From NCBI GenBank assembly GCA_017654855.1, contig CM030338.1:3286001-3350000 (forward strand): a stretch of 64,000 nt of DNA. Reading direction: 5' to 3'. Position 1 is the first letter of the stretch. Each line of letters begins with the position of its first letter. The position numbers and the translations under genes are program-made. The DNA comes from Podospora anserina. Taxonomy: Eukaryota. The notes under the pieces were generated by a model. The model made no database searches, was not told where the DNA came from, and saw nothing but the letters and a program-made list of their open reading frames with translations. Positions 1 to 11,715 of the stretch are shown here, one piece after another.

Positions 1-911
1 GCTTGTCTGGCTCTGAGTGGGTGATTGATGTCGTCACTGGAGATCAACGGTCTAGCCTTGGATGAAAGTTCGATGGCGGGGACAACAAAAAGTAAACAAA
101 GTGACCAGACAACCACCAACAGTGTTACATGGCCCGAGCGTTTCTGGAAGAGCAGTGACAGGGACCCTGGAAAAGATGGTGCGGGGCCATTTTCCAGTGA
201 CCTGTTTCTGCTTGCCGCGCGGGCATCGTGTTTCAAGGCCCCCAAAGACGCATGGGATGTACAGGGGGGAAAGGGGGACCCCTCACCTTTCAGCCGGTCT
301 CTGCGTCGATATCGATAACAGACCCCTGTCAGGAGGTAGGTAAGCTGGAGAGAGGAAGACATCTCAAGAAAAGGTAGACATACACGCAAATGCAGGTTTC
401 GGCAGTCTGCCTTTGCATTGCACAGCGGTAGACACGCGGGCAGCCGCATTAACCCCGGGAGCCAAGATCCAAGCCGTCGAGGGAAAGTCGGAGACCGGAG
501 CCAAGTCACGGTCACCGTTTCCACCGCCCGATACCATACCTTATCCGTTATCCAGCAACGCTACTCCGTACCATTAGGATCCTCCCCGACTCAGAATCCT
601 CCTCTTGTTGTTGTAAGACAACACGATAGCACAGGCCCGGCGCCGACCTTTAATAGAAACAATAATAGGTACAGATCCACGACCACAACCGCGGGGCACC
701 CGGTGTCGATCTGTGCTCAGCTACCAACATACAACGGGGTACAGGCGCCAATTCGATGTGATCGAGTTCTCGGATCAATTGACACCACTCCACAAACCGA
801 TAGCTTGGATCGGGTCGCAAAGCAGTGTGTACCACCCGCACCCAGGATAGGATACTTGAAAGGATTTCGTGGGAATAAGGGGGCGGCAAACAAAAACCCA
901 ACACTCGAGAA

Positions 912-3626
912 ATGGCATCGGCCGAACAACCGTTGCCCTATGCCCCGAGAACAAGCAGCATATCCGCGTTTGTAGAGGCCCCCCCCAGCGACTCCCACCG
1001 CCGATCATCTTCGTCCGTCCCGACGTCCAAGTTCGCCGCCGACATGTCTCAACCTCCCCCGCGCCCCGCTCGCTCCCCGCTACCCCATGGTTTCAATCCC
1101 GCCGACATGGACCGCCTATCCGACCCAAATGTCAAGGACAAGATCGTTTCAACCGGCACCAACCCCTCGTCGCAGCACAGCTCTCTCTCGGTGCCCCTTC
1201 CAAAAGTACGCCATGACCCGTCTTTGCGCCGGGCGCGCAAGCCGCGCTCTCAATACCCAAGGAGTAGCACCGAGAGCCACGTCGAGTACATCCTGGTCGC
1301 TTCGTTCGATATCGATAGGGGGCCGATCATGGAGCACCAGTATCCTGTCGCTATCACTGGAGATGAACATATGCTTGCGGAACTGATGCTTCCGGATCAG
1401 GCTCACGTCAGAAATCAGGATTGGACAGTTTTCTTTCTTCACAAAGATAGCAGCCAGGAAGAGGACGATGCTGAACGGCAGGCCAAAGAAAGTAGGCGAG
1501 CCCGGAGACGGCGCAGACGGGACCGGGCAAAGGGGATAATACATGAATCGGATGATGAGGACGACGGTGGTGAGGAGGACCTGGACGATGACGACGACGA
1601 CTGGGATGATGATGTGTCAACCGATGAGGAGCCAGAAGGCGGCGAGGGACCGCCGTTGGTCTATGTGTTGAACTTGGTCAATACCAAGCAGGACAAAACG
1701 GTCAAGAGAGGTGCCGTGGTCAAGGCTATGGCTATTTGCACGCGGCATCCATTTCTTCACATATACAAGGTGAGATCTGACCAGGTGAATTCTCACGGCG
1801 TACATACTTACATTTCACTCCACAGCCCCTATTACTACTCGCTCTAGAAGAGTACTTCAAATCACCAGTACCAGAAACACTATCCATGTTGTTCAACGCC
1901 GTCAACGAAATGGACCTTTCCCTCATGCCAAAGCTCAGCCTGCTGGAAAGACACCTGCTCCAAGCCAGCGATAACAAGGACCTATTCGTCGAAAAGTTTG
2001 AGCGCATGATCCAAGCCCGCATCTCGGAAGAAACAGCAGAAGACGTGGCAGACCAGCCCTTTGACGCCAGCCGCAGCCCCCCAAGACGACCAGGTATCTT
2101 CCGCTCAGGCACGAAATCCTACATTGAAACTCACACGGGCGCCTACGCCGTGCCGCGGGACACTCACGAATTCGAAAGCAAAGTCATGTACAAAGGCATC
2201 CCCATCCCGATCAAAGTCCCCGTCGCCGTCATGCCCGAGACGGTCGGTGACTTCTCCCTGATCAAACTAATCCAAAACTTTTCGGACTCCCACGCCAAAT
2301 CCCCCCAAACCTTTGCCCTTCATCCTCACCTAACCACCAACGGCCCGACAACCCACCCGATCATCGTCCTGGCCAATGCTCTGCTGACACAAAAGAGAGT
2401 CATCTTCCTCGGCCACAACATGCCCTCGGGCGAAGTAGCCGAGGCCGTCCTGGCCGCCTGCGCGTTGGTATCAGGGGGGTTGCTCAGGGGCTTCACCCGG
2501 CACGCGTTTCCCTACACGGACCTGACCAAGATTGACGACCTGCTCAACGTGCCCGGGTTCATCGCCGGGGTGACGAACCCCACGTTTGAGCACCACCCGG
2601 AGTGGTGGGATTTGCTGTGCGACATTCCCTCGGGCAAGATGAAGATCTCGTCCAAGATTGAGTCGGCGCCCATCACGGAGGGGTTGGTGTACTTTCAGCA
2701 GCAGAACCCGGCGTACGCGAACTTCATCAACGGGGCGTCGGCCGGGTCGGGGAGCGCGGCTGCGGCGGGGCAGCAGACGGGGGATTTGACGGGGGATGCG
2801 GCGTTCATGGCGGATATACTGAGGTGTATTGCCAACCGGTCGGGGGAGAGGGTGGTGAGGGCTAAGTGGAGGGAGTGGGTGCTCAAGTTTACGAGGATCG
2901 CGGCGGCGTTTGAGGAGACGGTTTTCGGGGCTAGTGCGCTTTATATCGGGAGTGATGGGGATGGGGATGGTGGTGGAGGTGGGGGTGATGGGAACCTGGG
3001 GCAGGCGGCGATGGGGCATGGGTACGTATGGGCCGATGAGGCGACTAAAGCAAAAGAGCTGGCGGGGAATGTGACGAGGATTGAGGGGTGGCGGAATACT
3101 AGGAGTTACTATTCGTTTATCCAGGTTTGTCTAACGCTTCTTTTCATTGGAAAGGGAGAATGGGGTTGCTAACGCGGGAGACAATTAGGACGTCGCTCAG
3201 TCATACACGGTCCGCCCGCTCAAGGGTTTGGATTTGGCACACATGCACGACCGGTTGCGGACGCAGAAGCTGACTCCCCAGCAGAGCAAGGAGATTTTTG
3301 AGGCGTTTTACAACTATGTCTGGTCTTATGATGAGATTTGTTTGCTGCTGAGTGTTGCGCCGGAGTCTCACGCGGGGCTGTTTTATATTGCCTTGGGACT
3401 GTTCCACAAGGATAGGGACGTGAGGGTCAAGACGGCCGAGTTGCTGGATAGGATTGCTGAGCATGAGGCGGGCCAGCATTGGTGGAGGAGCCTGAGCCGG
3501 TTTGAGAAGCTGGCGTATGTGAGGATTAAGAAGGAGGTTGAGCAGGAGGGGAGAGGGGGGAGGGAGGGGGGCGTGGTGAGTCCTGTTGATAGCAAGAGGG
3601 TTAGCTCTGGGAGAAGGGTGATATAA
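912..3626 (+). CDS. AFI1: Arf3-interacting / MesA-like polarity-axis stabilisation protein (Afi1 N-terminal + SPA, DENN-related); exons 912-1769, 1826-3124, 3189-3626 (864 aa)
   Basis: Motifs [64 protein letters not shown] and GFIAGVTNP recognised from the Afi1/MesA family. GT..AG introns 1770-1825 and 3125-3188 join the three ORF pieces in frame. Confidence 0.85.
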
Positions 3627-4093
3627 GGGCATTGTAACTAGGGGGTTGGTTTCAAGAGGTTTGAAATGATACGATTGTTGGAGATGTTAAGGAAGTTATC
3701 ATGATGAAGCCCCCTCCCTGGGCTTTATCTTGTCAGACTATACAGTTGGAATCGTTGCTAGAGGTGCATGTCTTGCAGAGCCCCAAAGGTGGCTGGCTAT
3801 GATTCGGCATTCGGGATCTGTTTTGTTCCCACAAGAGAGCTTGGCTTGCAATGACGGCATGGCACACGCATGGCACCGCATGGCAAAAGTGTGTTCCACC
3901 CTCTCGTCTTTTACCCCTCGTCGGCAGTCGATAAAGGTGGGGTTTCTCCTGTCACCCATTTACGTCTCTTGCTTAACAGCAATTACCATGACGAAAGTCA
4001 AACTGGGGAATAACAAGGGCGGGGTAGCAGCTGATAAAGGGGGGGTTTATTGACCAAAACTTATCTCCATAGCGGTCTTTAATAACAACTCTC

Positions 4094-5068
4094 ATGTCCC
4101 TCATCTCGACTCTCACCCGTCGTCAACTCACTCGGCAAATCCCCCAACTTACTCACACCACCACCCGTTCCTTCACCACCACCGTCAAAATGGCCCTCGA
4201 AATCAAAGCCGAAATCACCACCTTCAACGGCAAGCTCTACAAGCTCACTCACCCCTCCACCACAACCTCAACCCCCATGTCCCTAAACCTCTTCATCCCC
4301 CCCTCCGCCCTCTCCAAAACCACCCCCGCCCCCGTGTTAATCTACCTCTCGGGTCTGACCTGCTCCCCGGAAAACTGCACGGAAAAAGGCTTCTTCCAAC
4401 ACCGCGCCTCCCAGCTCGGCCTAGCCCTCGTCTACCCCGACACCTCCCCCCGCGGCCTCTCCATCCCGGGGCAATCCGACTCCTGGGACTTTGGCGAGGC
4501 GGCATCCTTCTACCTTGACGCCACTGCCGATCCCTGGAAGGAAAACTATAAGATGGAAACTTACATCACCACCGAACTCCCCTCCGTCCTCTTTTCCTCC
4601 CCCCAGCTCGGTCCCTACCTTGATAAGGAACGAGTCTCCATCACGGGTCACAGCATGGGCGGACACGGGGCGTTAACCCTCTACCTCAAGCACCAAGACA
4701 AATACAAATCTGTCAGTGCCTTCGCCCCGATTGCAAACCCGACAAAGTGTCCCTGGGGGGAAAAGGCGTTCAAGGGGTACCTAGCCGGTGGACTCGAGGA
4801 AGGCAAGAAGCACGACGCTGTCGAGTTATTGAGATCGGGGATTTGGAAGGGGGGTGACCTCAAGGCCCTCGTCGATGTTGGCACCGGGGACAATTTCTAC
4901 AAGAATGGGCAGCTGCTTCCCGAGAATCTGGAGGCGGTGGTCAAGGAGATGGGGTTGGAGGGGTTGAAGGTGAGGTATCATGAGGGCTATGATCACAGCT
5001 ATTACTTTATGGCGAGTTTTAGTGGGGAGCATGTTGAGCATGCGGCAAGGCATCTTGGGTTGCTTTGA
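4094..5068 (+). CDS. S-formylglutathione hydrolase (esterase D / FrmB family), single exon; second in-frame ATG at 4190
   Basis: LSGLTC, PDTSPRG, nucleophile motif GHSMGGHGAL, SVSAFAPI and GYDHSYYF are family hallmarks. Confidence 0.95.
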   Translation: MSLISTLTRRQLTRQIPQLTHTTTRSFTTTVKMALEIKAEITTFNGKLYKLTHPSTTTSTPMSLNLFIPPSALSKTTPAPVLIYLSGLTCSPENCTEKGFFQHRASQLGLALVYPDTSPRGLSIPGQSDSWDFGEAASFYLDATADPWKENYKMETYITTELPSVLFSSPQLGPYLDKERVSITGHSMGGHGALTLYLKHQDKYKSVSAFAPIANPTKCPWGEKAFKGYLAGGLEEGKKHDAVELLRSGIWKGGDLKALVDVGTGDNFYKNGQLLPENLEAVVKEMGLEGLKVRYHEGYDHSYYFMASFSGEHVEHAARHLGLL

Positions 5069-5335
5069 GGGGGAGAAAAAGGGTGGGAGGGGTTATGTAT
5101 TGTATTTTGAAAGCAGGCAGGCAGGTTCAAATTCATAGCAAGCTATGATGGGGTTATTCGGGATTTGTACACTTTTGATTATCAAAACAGTGATCTATTC
5201 TGCTGTTTGCTCTTCTGCGTATTGATGCTGTGAGGATTGCGTCTGACTACCAATACAGCTTGTGATTGACAAGAAAGAAGCCTCTCTTCCTGCGACAGGT
5301 TCGTAACCCAGCCAACGACAGCCCCCCTTCTCAGA

Positions 5336-5860
5336 TCACTTCAAAAGACAATCAAACGAAGTAATAAACCGGTCCCAGCTCACGGCCGTGAGGTTGTACC
5401 GGTGGGGATAGTCAGAGTCGACAGGTCCCATGGTGCAACCCTCAGGTGAGGTGCAAATGCCGCCGCAGACCTTGCTATATTCTTGTCAACATATATCCTG
5501 CCTCATTTAAATAAATAAATAAATAAATAAAGTAAAAAGAGACTCACAGGTAAGGATAACAAAAGAAATTACCGGGGTCTGGCGCAAAGGTGGCGGCGTT
5601 GTTCCGAAGACCGTCGGGGAGGTTGTAGCACCTGTTGAGTTGGTAGGTTTCGTGGGTGCAGACGCCGGTGGCGTTGGGGTTGGTGCAGATTAGGACCTGG
5701 ACCAAATCAGCTATGAGGGGGTGATGATGGGAAAGGAAGAGAGGGGACTTACGCCGCCGATGGAACGCCGTGGTTTGGGGTGGGCGTCCAGGGGGTTTGC
5801 TTGGGTGGTCATAAGGAAGAGACCGAGGAGGAAGATGGCGAGTTTGGAGAGGGGAGACAT
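5336..5860 (-). CDS. Small secreted cysteine-rich protein (131 aa, 8 Cys); exons 5860-5753, 5696-5548, 5474-5336
   Basis: Signal-peptide-like MSPLSKLAIFLLGLFLMTTQA, then PRR|S. Introns GTAAGT..CCAG (5752-5697) and GTGAGT..ATAG (5547-5475) give an open 396-nt frame ending FITSFDCLLK-TGA. Confidence 0.85.
5508..5531. repeat. (AAAT)n microsatellite inside intron 2 of the secreted-protein gene
   Basis: ttaaataaataaataaataaataaag. Confidence 0.8.
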
Positions 5861-6549
5861 GTTAGCTGTGATGGCGGTTGTGTGTGCGTGGTTGGTGGCT
5901 GGGTAAGAGAGAGTGGAAGGGTGGTATGGTGTGCTGCTCGGTAGCCTTTGTTTGGTGGACATCTAGAAGCTGAATAGTTGATTCTCTCGAACGGCCAGGC
6001 GGGCGAATCGTCCGAGTTCGGATGGCAGATGTGGAAGGCGCATTTTGACAGAACAGCCGCCTTCAACAAACGTCATGGCATTCCAGTGGTGGCAGTGACG
6101 TGGTGACGGGTGGCACCAGAAGGCAGGGTGTTGACTCCGGGTGTGCGGCTCTGTGCGAGGTTAGGTCAGGGAAGCGAGCTTGTGGGCTGCCTCGGATTGT
6201 TTGCTGGATTAGGGGTTGATTGTTTCACGGAATGGCGGCCTTGTTTGGCGAGTATCTGGTGTTCTGTTTTGCATCACGGGAGGGAGCCTGAGTAGGAGGG
6301 AGACGCAGGAAGCTTGTAGAGTAGAGCTCACTGCTTGTCGAGGTTGAAATAGACTGCGAGAGGGCTTTCAAAAGAAGGACGATATCTCAAACAATCTGGT
6401 GAGCACCTGGCAAGTCAAGAAGGTATCTAGAGCCCGTTCCACATATTCTACAAATTCAGCGTGGGTTTTGACAAAATCAAATCCACCACAGAGGAAAGAA
6501 ATAAACAGCAATTCCCACCATAACATACATACATTCTACTCCCGTTCCA

Positions 6550-8602
6550 TCACAACTCATCTTTACTTCCCCCATCCGCCACCTCCCCACCGCCATCAGG
6601 ATAAACCCCCGTGTCCCAAACAACCAACCTCCCACCCCTCCTCCAATCCTCATTAACAAGCCCATTCCACCCCTCCCAAACCTTTTTCATCTTCACCCCC
6701 ATCTTTTCTCCCTCACCCCCAAAAAACTCCCCCAACACCCCCTCAATCCCCTCAAAACCAACCACAAACCTCGGTATCTCCTCCCCTTTTCTCCCGTCAC
6801 CCCCATCAAAAAACTGCGGCCACATCTCCCGCCTCAGAAACACCCCCCCATACTTCCCCGTCTCCGCATCCTCCGCGTAAAACCTATCCGCCTCGTCAAG
6901 ATAGTTTTCCCGTTCAGGCGTCCCCGGAGCAGTATGCAACGGCGGCTCACAGGTCAACGCCCTAGCCCTCAGCCCCGGCCAGACAAGATGCGACCTCCAC
7001 GGTGTCGTGTGACAGGGGGTGAGGAACAGGGCGAATAATTCCTTTTGTTCCTGTGGGGGAGCACTCAAAGAAAGGGAGTCAGGGTGGAGGCGCTCGTATT
7101 CACTTCTCAAGAAGGAAAGGACAGAGATGGGCGCGGGCTGGTGGAAGAGGGAGAGATACCCCGCGAGGAGGAGGTTGATGGAGAGGATGTTGGCGAGGAA
7201 GATTTTGTGGCGCAGCACCAAAGATTTGGATGGGGTGGTGGGAGGGGTGGTGAAGAAGCTGGTTACGTAGGGTGCTGCGAGGATGTGCAGGATGGGGAGG
7301 AGGGGGTAGATGAAGCGGACTTCTTTGTGGGAGATTAGGGAGAGGATGGTGATCATGCCTATGAGGGCAAAAGACAAAGTCTTGAGGGTGTTGGATGAGG
7401 TGGTGGAGAGGGATGTTGGACGGGCAGAGAGGAGGGTGGTGGGTTTGGCGGAGGTGAGGGTGGCTTTGTAGATGCTCAGCAGGGCAAAGGGGAGGAAGGT
7501 GGTGGTGAGGAGAGGAATGCCCTGGGAGAGGTAATAGTGCCAGGGCATCCGGCCGTAAAAGACGGCGAGGGACTGGGACATGTTGAAGTAGAGCCATTTG
7601 TAAGGAGGGAAGGTCCAAAAGCCAAAGTAGAGGCGGTCAGAGACGACCGAGATGGCGAGGGCAACGGAACCACAGAGGACGGTTTCTCTGAGGAGGGCAG
7701 GGAAGGTGGTTTGTGTGATGGGGGACTGACCGTCGAGAGTGAGGCGGGTGAGGGTCAGGGCGATGATGCCGAGCCAGATGAAGAGGTTTGTTGGGCGAAG
7801 GAGGACGGCGATGGCTGCTAGGAAGAGGGATGTTCTCAAGCTGTTGAGTCTCCCTTTTTGCTTCAGGCGCTCTTTGGTTTCCTTGGCATCTGCAAGGAGC
7901 TCCCAAGGCCAGTAGGAAAGAGCAGCAATGGTGAGGGTTGTCTCGAGAGAGTTGGAAAATGTTCTTGTTGAGCAGTACCACTGCCAGGGATTGAGAACGG
8001 TCATCCACAACTACATTCATCGTTAGATACACCCCGGTAGTTCAGATGAGTCGGGATGCTTACAGCAGCCCAAGGAGCATAACTCTCCCTCCCATAGACA
8101 TCCATGGCCAGCTTCCACGTGTAAAAGTCTCCCAAGGCAGCAAACACAGACTGCAAAGCCCCTGGCAAAACCACCAACATGGAAGCGATGAAGGGTGGAA
8201 ACAAATGCATGGCACTCATGACAGTCTCGGCAAGCTTGTACGCGGCGCCAAATACGGCTGGGTGAAGTGAAGACCGCAGTTGATATTCCCATTCCTGACC
8301 ATATCAGTCAGCACATGGTTCTCATCAAATCCAATGAGAGAAAATACCCAAGTCATCCAAGCACCACTGCCTTCCCCAAAAGCCATCCTCCACGCCGGCT
8401 CCAAGGCCTGGAAATATTCATCTGGTTGAAAGAATGTCTTGACAAAAAGAGAGTTGATGAACCGAAATGCCAGCAACACACTGAGAATATCCCGGACTTG
8501 AGCAGCCGCGACCTGCGCGTGCACCCTGCCATCTTTCTCGGCTGGCTTTTCTATTCTCGGCCCTGGGGGTTTCTTGACAGTATCTTTCTCCATCTTGACC
8601 AT
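6550..8602 (-). CDS. GPI10: GPI mannosyltransferase 3 (PIG-B/Gpi10, GT22); exons 8602-8348, 8294-8064, 8010-6550 (648 aa)
   Basis: [62 protein letters not shown]. Introns 8347-8295 and 8063-8011. Confidence 0.92.
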
Positions 8603-9627
8603 CAAACACGACTCGTCAAGTGTAGTTCTCGACGAAGTTCGGGGGCCGCACCTAATCTCATCCAAAGTCGCGTCAACTGTCGGTCAGACAGACAGAGCTG
8701 CTTGCCATCTGGCAGCTCTGACACGGAGCACCCCTGCAGCTGATTGGTTCCCCCGCAGCCCTACCGAGCTTGCTGCGGTAATCAAGTGACCCACAATTGG
8801 ATGAAAGCTCAAGAGATCCCTGCATTTCCCACCGCGCGCCCCTCCCCCGCTGGAACCACAGCATCGCAGCAATGGATGGATGACACCTTCTATCTATCTA
8901 TCTATCTTTGATTCTGAAAGATATCCGGTATCGGGAATGTATTGTGTCTGAGTGCCTATCAAGTTTTAAGCTTCCAGTTTGTATGAATAATATCGCCACT
9001 TCCATGACAGGCCACACCCCTAGTTTCATGAGCTGAAAGACCCCGGACCTGTCACACTTTTAAAGGAAGGTTACAAGACCTTTCGTCATAAAAGCGGTTT
9101 CCTTCGGCATGCTTTTTGCGGGACTGTCCAAGGATGCTGGGCCCACGTGAGATGTTGTGAGCGTCTTGGGACTATCTGACTTGCACTTAGAGGTATAGTG
9201 TCGTTCGGTGGAATTGCATGATTGCAACGGCAAACACCTTCCGAAGCGGAGGTAGTGTAGGTTTGGGAGGGTGAAGGTAGGGAGAGGCAGGGTGAGGCGG
9301 GTTTATATATATTCCCCTCTTTTTCCTCTGCGATTGTTTTCTTTGTTTTCCCATTGCCTTCTTCTGCTTGGGATCTACATACATTAGTACCAATTGGCCA
9401 TCCAAGGTTTTGTTGGAATTTCATAAAGGTGGCGTAGTTTTGACAACACTTTGTTTGTTCTTACACCGCTGATTTAATCTCCTCCCAGCGGGCAAACTTA
9501 CCTTCTTACCTACTACTTTGTCTGTCTGTCTGTCTTCCCATCTACCGTCATATCTTGCCTACCTTTGAACAACCGCCAATTCAACAACCAATTCACCCAA
9601 CTCCAAATACCACGAACAATTCCAACC

Positions 9628-11095
9628 ATGGCCCCTCACGCCTCCTCCTCCTCCTCCTCCTCCTCCAACGACACTCCCCCCTCCTCCAACGACACTCCCC
9701 CCTCCTCCTCCTCCTCCTCCACCACCACCAAACCAACCGACCCCTACCACGCCTCCTCCACCACAACAGCCATCACAACAGAAAACACCTACGCAGCCCA
9801 CAACTACTCCCCCCTCCCCATCGTCTTCGCCCGCGCCTCGGGCTGCCACGTCTGGGACCCCGAAGGGCGCCACTACCTCGACTTCCTCTCCGCCTACAGC
9901 GCCGTCAACCAAGGTCACTGCCACCCCGCCCTCGTCAAAGCCCTCACCGACCAAGCCGCCCGCCTCACCCTCTCCTCCCGCGCCTTCCACAACGACGTCT
10001 TTCCCCAATGGGCCAAGAAGGTCAGGGACGTGTTTGGGTACGAGATGGTCCTGCCCATGAACACGGGCGCCGAGGCGGTCGAGACGGCCATCAAACTGGC
10101 AAGAAAATGGGCGTACAAGGTCAAGGGGGTGGAGCAAGGGAAGGCGAGGGTGTGGAGTGTGGATGGGAACTTTCACGGGAGGACGATGGTGGCGGTGAGT
10201 CTGAGTGTTGATCCGGAGAGTAGGGATAATCATGGGCCGTATGTACCGCTCATTGGGGCGAGACACCCGAGCACGGGGAAGGCGATTAGGTATGGGAGTG
10301 TGGAGGATGTGGAGGAGATACTTGGGGAGTTTGGGAAGGAGACGGCGGCGTTTATCATTGAGCCCATTCAGGGTGAGGCCGGGGTGGTGGTGCCGGAGGA
10401 TGGGTATCTCAAAAGAGTTCAGGAGCTGTGCAGGGAGTATAATGTGCTTTTGATTTGCGACGAGATCCAGACGGGGATTGCGAGGACTGGAAGGATGCTG
10501 TGCAGCGAGTGGGATGGGATCAAGCCGGATGTGGTGACGTTGGGGAAGGCGATCAGCGGGGGGATGTACCCTGTCAGTTGTGTTTTGAGCTCGAAGGAGA
10601 TTATGGGGGTTATTGAGCCTGGCACTCACGGGAGCACGTACGGTGGAAACCCGCTTGGGTGCGCGGTTAGTATCAAGGCTTTGGAGCTGGTCGAAGAGGA
10701 AGGCTTGGTCGACAAGGCCCAGAAGCTGGGGGAGATTTTCAGGAGCGAGATCAGAGGGTTCAACAGCAAGATTGTGGAGCTGGTGAGGGGGAGGGGGTTG
10801 TTGAACGCGGTGGTGATTGATGAGAGCGAGACGAATGGGAGGACGGCGTGGGATTTGTGCATGTTGTTGAAGGAGAAGGGTGTTTTGGTATGTCTTTTTT
10901 TCGCCTCCCTTTCCTTTTCCGTTCCCGACAATGATAACTCACCACCATGCTGAACAGGCCAAACCGACCCACGGCAACATCATTCGCTTCGCACCACCGC
11001 TGGTCATCACCGAAGATGAACTCAGAAGCGCCCTCAAGACCATCAAGGAGGCGCTGGAGGAGTTGCCAAATGCCACCAAGCACGAGGCGCACTGA
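9628..11095 (+). CDS. CAR2: Ornithine aminotransferase (class III PLP enzyme); exons 9628-10887, 10958-11095 (465 aa)
   Basis: [64 protein letters not shown] and [10 protein letters not shown]. Intron 10888-10957 continues into [15 protein letters not shown]. Confidence 0.96.
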
Positions 11096-11447
11096 TTATC
11101 ATATCAGCGCACCATGATCATGAGTCACTCGCCGCTCACCACCACCACAGACATCGCTTTTCAGAAAAATCCGGGGAAGGATCTTGCGGGAGGGGGGAAC
11201 CGGGGACGGCCCGAAGGAAGACCACCCGATTTGCTGGGGCAAAATGCGGGCAGGTGAAGAAGTCAGGGGGAACCGGAATATGTTCCCCGGGATCATGACA
11301 CATCCTTTTTTCAATGGGGTTTCCTTTTTGGATGTTTTGATACCACTGTAAGCATTATTTAGATTGGGTAAAACAGCAGAGTTTGGCTCTTATGGTAGTA
11401 TATGCATGGAAATGATACCGAGATGTTTGCATCAAGGAGATTGGACT

Positions 11448-11482
11448 GGGCCGGGCTGGGCTGGGCTGGGCTGGGCTGGGCT
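11448..11482. repeat. (GGGCT)n pentanucleotide repeat, 7 G-triplets
   Basis: gggccgggctgggctgggctgggctgggctgggct. Confidence 0.85.
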
Positions 11483-11594
11483 AGACTTGACATGAAGTCC
11501 AGAGGGGGTTTGATTGGATGGATGGATATTTGGGCAGAGAAGTACCAGAATATTATCAAGTCCCTGCCTAGTAGGATCAGTTGGATTGATTTGT

Positions 11595-11715
<121 letters not shown>

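Noticed and set aside
1..911. Short ORFs at the window start
   Set aside because: No recognisable product; probably promoter or leader sequence of AFI1 and of a gene outside the window.
9559..10629. 356-aa antisense ORF over OAT; similar ones at 43610-44470, 2471-3019, 33363-33872 and 31605-32234
   Set aside because: Shadow frames of real genes, kept open by extreme C/G skew and codon bias. They are low-complexity with no recognisable domains.
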